From contig NW_027271821.1 of assembly GCF_040938485.1 (NCBI RefSeq), positions 124,001 through 188,000 of the forward strand: a DNA stretch of 64,000 nt. The letters are read 5' to 3'. A program made the translations under genes and the position numbers. This document shows positions 25,760 to 37,800 of the stretch, one piece after another. Numbering within the stretch: the first letter of the stretch is position 1; the number at the start of each line of letters is the position of its first letter. The notes under the pieces were generated by a model, which did not search any database, was not told the DNA's origin, and saw only the letters and a list, made by a program, of their open reading frames with translations. Source of the stretch: Diadema antillarum. Its lineage: Eukaryota.

Positions 25760-27047
25760 GTAACGACTCAGCTATTGATCTGTGTCCAACGATTTGGATA
25801 AGAGAACAAAAACTATGCCAAGCAGCTCAAGTCATAGTGTGTCAATACAACTGTTAGCACTTCGGCGTCTAAGGCTTTCATCGTAGAAGTAGAAGAAAAT
25901 ACAACACTCAGACAATAAAGCTCTCATGTAATAAAAGAAATGACAAAAATAAAATGATAAAAGAGGGCAATCATATTATCAATATCGTCACGTAAGTGTC
26001 ATGATATGTTTTGATGTGTCATAAAGAGTTTCGTGTTAGACATTTAGGTGTTCTGAGATTGCTGCTTTATACATGTTGCTGCAATGACATTACATTGTAT
26101 TCCGGAACAGACTGTAATCAATAAAAATATCAACACGTTTTACGAAGCAGTGTTCGTTGCGTATCTACTTCCTGTTTCCAACACACGATCTATTTGTACG
26201 CCTTTACTATAGTATGCAGCTGCAGTTCATTTTCTATTTCTATTCCAAAGAGATGAAATAAAAATCACATGCGTGAACAAACGGAAAAAAAAAATTCCAA
26301 CAAACTCGAGTTAAAGATGAGTTTTTAGATGACTACACCCGTTTGAACGAAGTGCATCGTGCATTTGCGTGTTGTCTGTGTGGCTGCGATCAGTGCTGCA
26401 TTAATGTGAAATATATATAATTATGGAAAGTATTGATCGTAAATTGGTGTAGTTTCCGCAGTGCTTTGAAATTGGTTGCAATGGCAATATTGATTGTGTC
26501 GCATGTATATCTAATCATCAGTGTATAATCATACAGTGATAGTGATGCACCCCTCCCAGATATGTCTATATACAGTGTATCATGGTCAGTGATATTTGAT
26601 AAGTAAAATGTTAATCTATGTGTTCATGGCGATAAAAAGGAGATAACTCAATATAGCAGAAAATAGGCCTAGCACCTTTCCCTTCGGTCCCTATATAGTT
26701 GCAATTTTGATCGTGCAAGAACATTGTGTCAAGAAGTTTATCAAAGTTTGAATTAGTGAATCATTGTCTTTGGCTTTATATCTTAAAGGCTCTAAATGGA
26801 AATGGCGGCGATATATTGATTGACGCATTAAGAAATTTAACTATGATGATGATAATAATGATAAAAAAGAATGATAGTGATGATAATAGCAATAATTTGA
26901 TAGTTATTATTCTCATTATCGATAACCATAGTGATGATAATGATAAGACAGTATAGCTATGTTGAAATGTAATCTATTGTGATAGATAAACATTTCAATC
27001 ATTGCTTGTATAAGGGAATATAAAGCAATGATTGAAATGTTTGTCTA
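25760..27047 (+). repeat. Segmental direct duplication, copy 1
   Basis: Colinear with 28980-30676. Shared anchors include GGATAAGAGAACAAAA, TTAGCACTTCGGCGTCTAA, CATAAAGAGTTTCGTGTTAGAC, TATTCCGGAACAGACTGTAATCAATA and AATATAGCAGAAAATAGGCCTAGCACCTTTC. Confidence 0.9.
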
Positions 27048-27218
27048 CACACCAGCATGGCCACAGGTAAGATCATCTTCACGCAACATACTTGTATATG
27101 CAGCGAATAACTAATTTGTTTTGCTTGGTTAAGTTCAGGTCAGAGCAACCACTTTCTTGTATTCAAAAATATTTTCGGTAATTCTTATTTTATCCTGTAA
27201 AAATATCCCAGCGAATGT

Positions 27219-27587
27219 TATAAAGGGACTGTACAGTACTGCTTGAGGTGAGGATTCAGCTTGTAACGTTTTGCGAGATATTTAGAAACCACTCTATGAA
27301 ATGTTAAAGAGTATACACTTCTAAGGGGAATCAAAAGTTTATTTGATGAAAATCGGTTTTGAAATGACTGAGATATCTACAAACAATGAAAAACAAAGAG
27401 ATCTTAATAATAGTCGTGGCCTGTCAGTTTTATTAGGATCGCTACTTTTTTCTTTTTTTTTGGATATCTCAGCCATTTCAAGGCCAATTTTCATAAAATA
27501 AACTTTGAATCCTTCTTGAAATTACATGCTCTTTCATATTTCATTTAAGAGGTTTTTCATTATCTCACCCAAAAAAATACACACATA

Positions 27588-27631
<44 letters not shown>

Positions 27632-27672
27632 CCTGAATCCTCACCTCAGCCAGCACTGTTAGGTCCCTTTAA
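27219..27672. mobile_element. Kolobok-like non-autonomous element
   Basis: TAAAGGGACTGTACAGTACTGCTTGAGGTGAGGATTCAG ... CTGAATCCTCACCTCAGCCAGCACTGTTAGGTCCCTTTAA, with internal inverted arms. Same family as 44437-44835. Confidence 0.8.
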
Positions 27673-27674
27673 AT

Positions 27675-29200
27675 ATAGAAATATGAATTAGACCTAGATA
27701 TTTGAAGTTCATTTGGTGCAATCAACGTCAAAGTTGAATTATTTTTCTTTCTTACAAATTTCCGAAACGCCTTTCCAGACAATACCTCATCTAGCGGTAA
27801 CTCCTGTACTTTCCTGCGCCTAACGCTCATTAACGTGTGGCTGAATAGCGACACTTCTGTGGATAAAAATGTAGTCCGCTGTTATACAGGGTGGCCCAGA
27901 AAGAACGGAACACATAAGATCTTTAATTTCAGCAATATTGTTGCAAATATGTCATTATTTGGCATACTACTAGGAAGGCCATTCTTTTTCCAATAGAATG
28001 ACACAAAGTTATTTAATCTTGGTTAATGCGTTATGATTTTAGGACCATTTTTGTTAACCCTTGTAATGTTAAAAATGTGATAATCATTTTGCACTCTCAG
28101 AGATACCGAAACCAGCGAGTATTTGGCTTGCCATATAGAACCAGTAGCGTTCACAATGTGTGGAATGTGGGGCGGACGGTGTGATTGTCATTGTCCGTTA
28201 TCATTGTGAATAATGTGAATGTCATTGTGAATATCATTGTGAATGCTACTGGTTCTATGGCAATCCAAATTCTCGCTGGTTTCGGTATCGAGAGTGCAAA
28301 ATGATCACATTTGGTAAATTGCAAGGGTTGACAAAAATGGTCCTAAAATCATAACACATTATATAACCAAAATTAAAGAACTTGGTGTCATTCTGTTGGA
28401 AAAAGAATGACCTTTCCAACAGTATGCAAAATAATGACATATTTGCAACAATATTGCTGAAATTAAAGATCTTAGGTGTTCCGTTCTTTCTGGGCCACCC
28501 TGTATGATAGTGTTATGATCTATATGTCTCAGCTATCGATTAAATATCCAACGTTTTGGATAAGAGAACAAAAGTACGCAAGGCAGCTCATAAAATGTCA
28601 ATATTAGCACTTCGACGTCTAAAGCTGTCATCATGAAGTGGGAGAAGATACGACACAGAAATATTGAAGCACTCGTATAAATAAAAAATTACAAAATGAT
28701 AAACGAGGGCAACCATATACATCATCAATATCGTCACTATAAGAGTTAGCTAGTTATTCGACCTAAGTGTTTGAAGTTCATTTGGTGCAATCAAGGTCAA
28801 GAGTTACGTCGTAAAATTACTTTTCTTTCTTACAAATTTCCGAAAGGCCTAATCAGGCAATACCTTATCTAGCGGTGACGTCTGTACTTTCCCGCTCCGA
28901 ACGCTCATTAACGTGTGGCTGAATAGCGACACTTCTGTGGATAAAAATGTAGTCCGCTGTTATATATAGTGTTATGCTCTATGTCTCAGCTATCGATTAA
29001 ATGTCCACCGTTTGGATAAGAGAACAAAAACACGAAGTTGCTCATAAAATGTCAATATTAGCACTTCGGCGTCTAAAGCTTCTCATTTCATCATGAAGTG
29101 GACACAGAAACAATAAAGCTCTCGTATATATAGGTATATTATAAACTGACAAAATTATAAACGAGGTCAATCATAATATACATCATCAATATCGTCACTA
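27675..29200 (+). repeat. Tandem duplication of a unit of about 450 bp (first copy interrupted by the MITE at 27885-28504)
   Basis: TTTGAAGTTCATTTGGTGCAATCAA and AACGCTCATTAACGTGTGGCTGAATAGCGACACTTCTGTGGATAAAAATGTAGTCCGCTGTTATA occur twice, near 27700-27886 and 28770-28965. Confidence 0.88.
27885..28504. mobile_element. Tc1/mariner-type fold-back MITE, TA TSD
   Basis: TA-CAGGGTGGCCCAGAAAGAACGGAACA ... TGTTCCGTTCTTTCTGGGCCACCCTG-TA, with arms of about 265 bp. The empty site is visible in the neighbouring duplicate near 28960. Confidence 0.92.
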
Positions 29201-30676
29201 TAAAGAGTGTCATGATATATTTTCCTGCGTCATAAAGAGTTTCGTGTTAGACTTTTAGGTGCTCTGTTGCTGCTTTAAACTGCAATGCTGTTATTCCGGA
29301 ACAGACTGTAATCAATAGATATCAGCATGTTTTACCATTAAAGCAGTGTTCGTAGCGTATCAATTATTCATGTTTCCAACACATGCACGATCCATCACAG
29401 GTGTGCGCCTGTATATTGTTATACAGCTGCATTTCATTGTCTATTTCCATTTTAAAAAGAATGTCACATTGAAAAAGAAAATTGAGTTAACGATAAATTA
29501 TTCTTACATGACCACACGAGCATTCCTCATTTACCCGTTTTAACGAAATGCGTCGTGCTAGCGTGTTGTCTGTATGGCTGCTATCAGTGTATGAACATGT
29601 ATTAGTTAATGTCAAGTGTATCGAAAGTATTGATCGTAAATTGGTATGGTATGTGCAGTGCTTTAAAGTCACTTGCAGTAGTAATATTGACTGTCACACG
29701 TGTATCTAAACATCACTGTATAATCATGCAGTGATAGCAATGCCCCACCCAGATACATTAATGTCAATATTAAGGTCAGTGATATTTGATAAGTATCATT
29801 ATCATTATGCATTCCTATATACGTCAATGCCGTGAATTTGTTTCATAGAATACAAGTTTTGCTTCTAAAGTAACCGTGTACATTCGCGTCAGAAACATGC
29901 TCATGTTCGATTATCTTTACACGTAGGCCTATACGTCCCATTGTAGTGTTTTTCCACATATCGTGATTGTTCCAGGCCGATTATTTACGCTCTTTGATGT
30001 CATACTCTACACTGAAAAATACACATTAAAAAATAATTTGATGTTCTGATACTGCATGGGGTCATTAAAAAAGTGTCAGAAAAATGTGTGAAAAAATTAG
30101 TGATGGGTATACAGGATGTAAATAGAATATTAGGTGTGATAACATAATACAGCCGTAGTGAATAGTTTTAATAGGTATGGTCTCCTGCTCTGTGATCGAG
30201 TTGTCACACCATAATAAATGTAAAATGTTAATCTATTAGTGTGTTCAAAGGCGATAGAAAGGAAATAGCTCAATATAGCAGAAAATAGGCCTAGCACCTT
30301 TCGCTTCGGTCCCTATATAGTTGTAATCTTGATCGTGTAAGAACATTGTGTCAAGAAGTTTATCAAATTTTAAACTAGTGTCGCGTTGTCTTTCCTTTAG
30401 ATTTTAAAGGCACTGAATGGAAATTTTATTTATAGTTGACGCATTAAGAGATTTAACAATGATGATGATGATAGTAATAATGATAACAAATAAAAGGAAT
30501 GATGATGGTGATGATAATACCAATAATTTGATAGTGTTGTCATTATCAATACTATAGTGATGATAATAATAATAAGAAATAACAATGCGAAAATGTTACT
30601 AATCTCTTGTCATAGATAAACATTTCAGTCGTTCCTTGTATAGGGAATTTAAAGCAATGATTGAAATGTTTGTCTA
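28980..30676 (+). repeat. Segmental direct duplication, copy 2 (extra about 420 bp at about 29795-30215)
   Basis: Same anchors as copy 1, interrupted between GATATTTGATAAGTA and AAATGTTAATCTAT. Confidence 0.9.
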
Positions 30677-32924
30677 TTACAATAGATTAGTAACATTTTC
30701 ATATTATCATAAGCATTATCAATATTATTATCTTTATCAATGTTATCATGATATTGATAATAATGATAATAGCAATAACTATCAAATTATTGCTATTACT
30801 ATCGTTATTATTCTATAGTGATCCCCAGAGTCATAATTTTTTTATCATTATTATCTTCATCATTGTGAAATCTCTTAATGCGTCAAAAATATCAGCCATG
30901 AAGCTTGGATAAAAGTCAACATAAAAGTCAACAAAAAACGCTCAATCCCTCACATGAAATCATCGTTGCATCGTTATAACCGAATGTGACTATAGGGGGT
31001 TGACTGTTGGTAGTCCCTGATTATTGACAATATAGTCCGGTTTACTAAAATATTCAAATTTGTTTCGTCCGTCCTGACGCAGTTGCTCATATTATCCTGT
31101 ACCTCAAAACACATTTTGATACTTGGAATTCAGTTTGCAAGTATTTTAGTTGTTGCTTAAAAGAAGAACCATTGTCTGAGAGACATGCATGATATCAAAT
31201 ATGTTAGTAAAGCGGTCGATTAACTGGATTTTGTGATGTTTTTATAAAAATAAAACATTGGGAGAGATATGAGCTCGAGTTGGACGTAAACAACCTCAAT
31301 TCATCTTACTTACATTGTGTTTAATTTTTACTTAACTCTTCCATAAGAACAGTGCGTTATGTCCGACTTTGAAGAAACAGGTACCACACTTCAAATTAAT
31401 GAATTCTTGCGTCGAGTTGTTTTAACTGATTGAAAAAATTGCCCTTCATCGACGTAAGTAAGCACCGATTATAGTGATGCAGTATAGAAGCCATCATGAT
31501 ATACAGGGTTCGAACATGAGTTTGATCTAGCTTAAGTATGTAGGCCTATCCAACTCAGGATCTAAACAGAGTATGTCTGCCCATGTTAAGTTTGTTTTTG
31601 TTTTTCCTTGCCATAGTTATACTGCTATAAAACACCGACTATAATCGGTGATTATAATCGGTGAGGACAATATGGCAATCAGTTGCAAGATATAACCACT
31701 ATTCTTCATATCATTTTGATCTTTGTATTACAATTTATATTAACATGGAATCGAATTGCAACTTAGGTTGAGTTCACGCCGTTGAACCCTGGGCATAACG
31801 TTCAATACGTTTAATCGACGTATATGCACTGGCTGATGCAACCCCGCGGTGGAATGGAGCAATGCGTTTGAGTATAATAGACCTGCCTCGTACCTCCGCG
31901 AGCAGTCGAGGACATTGAAACAACGCCTTCAAGCAACGGGTGAAGATAAAATAGAACACCTCTACTTTGGAAGCTGTGTTGTATATCTGCAGAGCACGAC
32001 TTGCTCCAACCAAGGAGGTACTAAACGCGCCTAGTATACTTCCTTTCTATAACCAGAGTGAGATGTTTTCTGTCTACACGGTGCGACCGGAATTAAACGT
32101 CACCCACGGAGAAAATTATCCTCATAATTTATAGTGCCGTTAATAATCGGTTAAAATCTTCTTCTTTGTTTTTCATTCAAAAATTTTCAAGCCGCTATGA
32201 AATGATATTTTTAAATGTCGTATCCCATCCTTGGTGTATAGTTGAGTGAGTGAGACACTATATCACCTGACTGCTGTGACCAAATAATACCCGTCCTGGT
32301 TTTTAACACCGCTTGTTCGTACAAAGTTCACTCATGATAAATCTTTATCAGAGTCGAATTGTCAATTTCAGACAAGTCAAGGGAAGTGATATTACATGTA
32401 CGGCCTATCGTTGCAGGGTTTGGACTGAAAATAAAAGCTCGACACCGATAAACCTGCAAAACAGCATTACTTGCGCCAACTGCATGTGGGCGTGCGTTGT
32501 CCCTGTTGGAGACTGGTCATAATGGAGCTGCACTTGTAGCTCTATGATCTCAGTTCAAGTGTTCCGATATCACATCCCCGTTCCCCTTTGAATTGCAGTT
32601 CCATGCAGCTTATTCGCAGTATTGTCTGGATTTTTTTTCTTCGCTGCCTCTTTCCTCTCTCTTCTCCTCCCCATCACTGCCGCTGTTCTAGATATATCTC
32701 TGAGTGAGAGATTGAGTCTCGCTTTTTCGCTTTTCGTCTTCACGATCTCTCTTGTAACCGATGGCCACTTTAAACTCCAAAGTCTGCTAAAACCGTTATT
32801 GTAAAAGTGACTGGATGGAATACAGCCCTCTGGCTGATGCCACGTTTTCCCAACGTTGACACATTACCAGGTACATCGTCAAGACGTGTATTTCGCAAGG
32901 ATTCAGTCTGTGAGGGAAAACATC

Positions 32925-34825
32925 ATGTCGTTCAAGCCCAAGAGTAAGAGAGTGTGTGTAGACGACTTTGAACGAGATGCCAAGGAGTTCATTGAACCGA
33001 TGATGTACCGGTTCTACCAAGGAGGTTCGGATGAAGAGATCACCCTGCGCGACAGTCGTCAAGCTTTCAAACGGTAAGTCCACCATACATTTTCATTCTT
33101 GAAAATGATTATCAAAGTAAGTTTAAAGGCTTGAAATGTTGATGTTCTCTAATTAAGGCTCCAGAGTGTCTGTTATGAAGAGTAGGGGCGCCAAAGCGCT
33201 TTGAATGAGTAAAGAGCGGCATTAATCGATATTTGATGGCAACCGTGAAGTGGAACGGATTGATAAGCAATGTCGTCTGTTGTAGATGTTCAACAAGCTT
33301 TCGATCCATAGAGTACCGAGTGTTTTCTGCTGATGAAGGAACTTCATAGGCTTTGCAGAATGTTGAAGATCGAGAGAGAAGAGGGCATATGATAGATTCC
33401 ATGGGACCTGGCGTGACTATATACGACACTTCAGTGTTATTATAACAAGGAGTTACCACAGCGAGCGTGCTGTCTTGTATTATAGTTACTCGTTAGCTGT
33501 ACTTTGATAGTAACCTTCAATGGTCTCACCAACGAGCTTAATTGGTCTCACTGAAGGTTTGTGTGTTTGCAATGCGACTGCGCTGCCAGCATAAACACTT
33601 TTTTTAAATGTTAGCATGTATTTTGTGCTCAAACACAAAACTGCTTTGCTTGGATCGTGAGGATGTTGATACCGTACCGCTATCTCAAGGCGGATGTCAG
33701 AGTTCCTCTGTGATGGGTTAGCTAATTTGTCCCCTTGGAAAGGGACCGCCTCTCTATTCAAACAAAATGGAGCTATCGCTGCCATAGTGCTTTGGGAAAA
33801 AAAAAAGTCTCTAATAAAAGCTATTCTGATTTTTTTTTTAAAGACTCTATGATAGTTTCCTACAATAGTAAAAGTTAAATACCATGATGACGAGATGGCC
33901 ACTGTCAAGAAATTGCCGCTAGTGAGACTTCGTGAGAATCAAATTTTTCTTTGTGACTCAACAAGAATTGTTCCAAGTGATTTCCAATATTTTGGTATAG
34001 TGTAGGCCCTATGAAAGTAAACTGTTCAAAGTTTAATCAAATGACCAAGAATATAGCTTCCAGACATTTTGTCGCTGTTCCGACAAAAAGATACTTCATG
34101 AAGGATCGAGTCACGCTTTTGTAAACATTTTACTTAAAACTTTGGGACTCTGCGTGTGGTGCTTTCTTTTGTTCAAGTATTTGACGCTTCGCCTTATTCT
34201 TATGATTTATTCATAATTACCGAGTAGATATCACTCTTAATCGTCATTATGAACATGTAACAACTTCTATAGAGACATATATAAAAAAAGAAGATATTGG
34301 TTCCCAGCACATAGCCCTTGTACCTTCAGCAGAATAAGGGTGTTGCATTTTTTTTCATCGTTTTTTAGAGGCGACAAGGAATATGGAAAGAGAAACGCCT
34401 GCTCAGCGATGCATCGGTGTTTTATGACAGATGTTACATTCAATATATCAATGTTACACCCACCTGTCACATTTTTCTTCACGGTATCAATAATAGAAGT
34501 CAAATTGCTTCTTTTCTTGCTCTAAAACCCCGCCATGTTTAACTGCTGACGAATGCACAGGTCTACCCATTTCTTCACATGTTGTTGCTCGCATTCATTT
34601 TGCAAATCGATTTCACACTTCAGATATCGCTTCCGACCTATGATTCTTCGCGACGTCTCGAACAGAGATATTTCGACCACGATACTGGGTCACCGAATCG
34701 CCTTTCCTTGTTGCATCTCGCCCTCGGCTTTCCACAAGGGTGCGCATCCTGATGGGGAGTTGGCCACTGCGAAGGGTAAGAATAATAAAATGATATATGA
34801 AATATAAGATATTATATATACACTG

Positions 34826-34884
<59 letters not shown>

Positions 34885-37800
34885 ACATGTATATACAGTG
34901 CGTATCAAAAAAAAAGTAATCCAACTTTGGAGGGCTACTATTTCATAATTATCAGCTATTGAGAGCACACTGTTTGTTGTGAGGAAAGGGGAACTCTTCC
35001 TCTTTTTATTGATACCTATTTATGTTGATAAATGTCATGCATGACTGAGCACATGAACTTTAAAGACAACAATGACAAATTGCACTTTTTCCAAGTTTGC
35101 GTGTTAATGTGAAGGAACAATGCATGTCTCACTGCATGGATGAGATCTGTCAATGAAAGTGGCCAAAGAGGCCAGCCTGTACGAATGCAGATTTGTGTTT
35201 AGGGTTTGTGTTTAGGGGTTTTTTCCTAACCTTTTATGGTTCATAACCTTTAAGATGGTCACCTGTTGGATAACTAAAGTCACTCCCACAGAGGTCAACC
35301 CACACAATCCATTTTCTCTGTTCATATTCAACACATAGCTCGCAGCGACAAATATGTCTTAAATGTGAAGAGAGAAAAATGGATGATGGTTTAGCCTTTA
35401 TGGTAAGGACCAAGTTTACAACAACGTGGCCATGTTGAAGGCTATGAACTATAAATAGTTAGATGAAACCCCGAATCTGCAGTCATGCAGGCTGGCCTGA
35501 TGACCACCTCCATTGACAGATCTCAGCCATGCAGTGAGATATGCATTGTTCCTTCACAGTAACATGCAAACTTGGAAAACGTGCAATTTGTCATTGTTGT
35601 CTTTAAAGTTCGTGTGCTCAGTCATGCATGACATTTGTCAACGTAAATAGGTATCAATGGAAAGAGGAAGAGTTCCCCTTTCCTCTCAAGCAACATTGCA
35701 CTCTCCATAACTGATGATTATAAGATAGTAGCCCTTCAAAGTTGGATTACCTTTTTTTTATACGCACTGTATATTAGACATCATCGACGGTGGTCTACGA
35801 GAAATAGAGGCAGGCAGAGGAGTGAACGTTGGACCGTGTCTCACTGATAATAAGACATATCTGTGTACCCTGTCTATAGGAATATTCATTCATATGTGCG
35901 ATTCCACGTCAAGCTGGTTCTGACTTTGATGAAAAAGGGTAAAATTAGAGTCGTCAAAATTAGTGGCAAGTTTGCAATAAGAAAAAAGATTGATCACCTT
36001 TGGGTTTTTATTTTGTTTTGTTTTTGTTTTTGTTTTTTTTTTTGTGAATCCAGGGCAGATTTGTATAAGTGAAGGCATATGGCTTTCCTCATTTCCTCCG
36101 GTACTGAGCAGGCCTATACATAACATTTCTCAACTGTCAACCAGTGCGAACTAAACTAAACTAAGATAGTCAAAATTGGGCTTCTACAACGAGCCACTGT
36201 TGACTGTCAACGAATCCGTTTTTCTGTTAAACTACCCCCCGACACTCATCACAGTTTGACCCCGGAACCATGACCTAATCTAACACTGTTTAATAAACAC
36301 ATGGTATTTCTTTTGCTTGACCAAAGCGGCTGCATCCCGGAACGTAGGGATGTCACTGAGCTGTGGATCCAATGTCCTGATTGAAGATATCGCCAAGGCT
36401 GCCCCCAGCGGACTGAAAAATGATGCAGATGTACATCTACAAAAACAGAAAAATTTCAGAGTTATTCGTAAGACGAGCGGAGAAAGCCGGCTTTAATGGT
36501 ATAGTACCAATATTACGTACGAAACGCTGTTTATACTGGGATTGCTGGTGTACTTTTGATGGCTCATCCTACAGAAATATACGTGACAAATCAATCAAAT
36601 CAATCAAATCAATCAAATAATCAGCTGATGTAGATAAATGTGCTCCTTTAAGTTGGGTGTACTGAATTTTACCACGGGAGCTTGGCGCATGTGTCTGTTA
36701 ATTTGGATTTACCGTTATGTGAGTATAGTCGGCTATTTTATTTCTTTTTTTTTTGTATCGCTATCTTTGAATTTAACCAAGTACGAAAAGTCCCTAATTT
36801 ACCCTTTTTTGTATGTATTCTATCCGCTACAACTACTTACGTCACTCTGATGCACAATATGAGAAGAGGAATAGCTTGCTTTCATTACAATATTCGCGAA
36901 GTGGTGAACAGATTGTATGTTACCGTGTTCTGAATGGAATTTCTTCTTCGGTCAAGTATCAGGCGTTTCAGTACTATCTTGATTTCTTTTTGCATGAATA
37001 CCTGTTTTAGCCATGTTAGTGACTGTGGACTTCGCTGTATACGGAAAGAGAAGGGGAGAACGGGATGACAACTTTTACCAGACGACCAGAGAGAATCCAG
37101 CTTACGCACGTCTTGAGTAAGGATTGTATAATATCAATTCATATTTTACAGAAGTGTGACGTAGACGCTATGATGTTGTTGGAAATGTCCTCGATTGTTT
37201 GTTTTTGTCAGTCATCTCTCCACATAGCGAATTCTCCATTAGTGAGTAAAATGTAGTTTAGATGCACTTCAAATATTTGGGATAATGCAGTCAAACTGAC
37301 TTTTTACATTCTCCCCATACGAGGGATTATTCTAGTAATTGATTTTTTTTTGTTCACTCATCTTGTGGTCTAAGATCCCTGCCATAAAACGGATGACTCT
37401 TAGGCACGTAATGCCATTACTAACCAGCTACGAGGAATGTCAAACAAAGACAAGAAGAACGAAAAAGAAACAAAATAGATCAAAGATCAGTGAAAAAAAA
37501 AGATCACTACAGATCACTACCAATAACAAACAAAACCACCATTGAATACACCTCTCATTTATTCTATACAGGGAAAAAAGTCACCTTTGCATAGACAGCG
37601 AATGCTGTGAAAGTATCCAAGTTTGGTATTGTTTGGCCGTTGATTTTTCCATATTATATAGGTCCACATAAGCTGCCCTACCGGAGGAGATTAAAAAAAA
37701 TGCGACTTTTCAATCAAATGACAATAAAGCTGATCTTTTTTTTCCCTGAAAAAGATTAAAAAGTACAATTTCGGTTCAGACCGACATTTTCTACTTGTAC

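Noticed and set aside
31774-32034. GC-richer patch with short ORFs upstream of HAO-A
   Set aside because: No splice or homology support. It may be regulatory, but nothing in the sequence shows this.
33112-33908. Two minus-strand ORFs (115 and 140 aa) in HAO-A intron 1
   Set aside because: No domain motifs and no consistent splice structure; treated as chance ORFs.
36411-36422. Programmed +1 ribosomal frameshifting as an explanation of the HAO-A lesion
   Set aside because: No recognised shift site or stimulatory structure, and the paralog is in frame. An error or null allele is more parsimonious.
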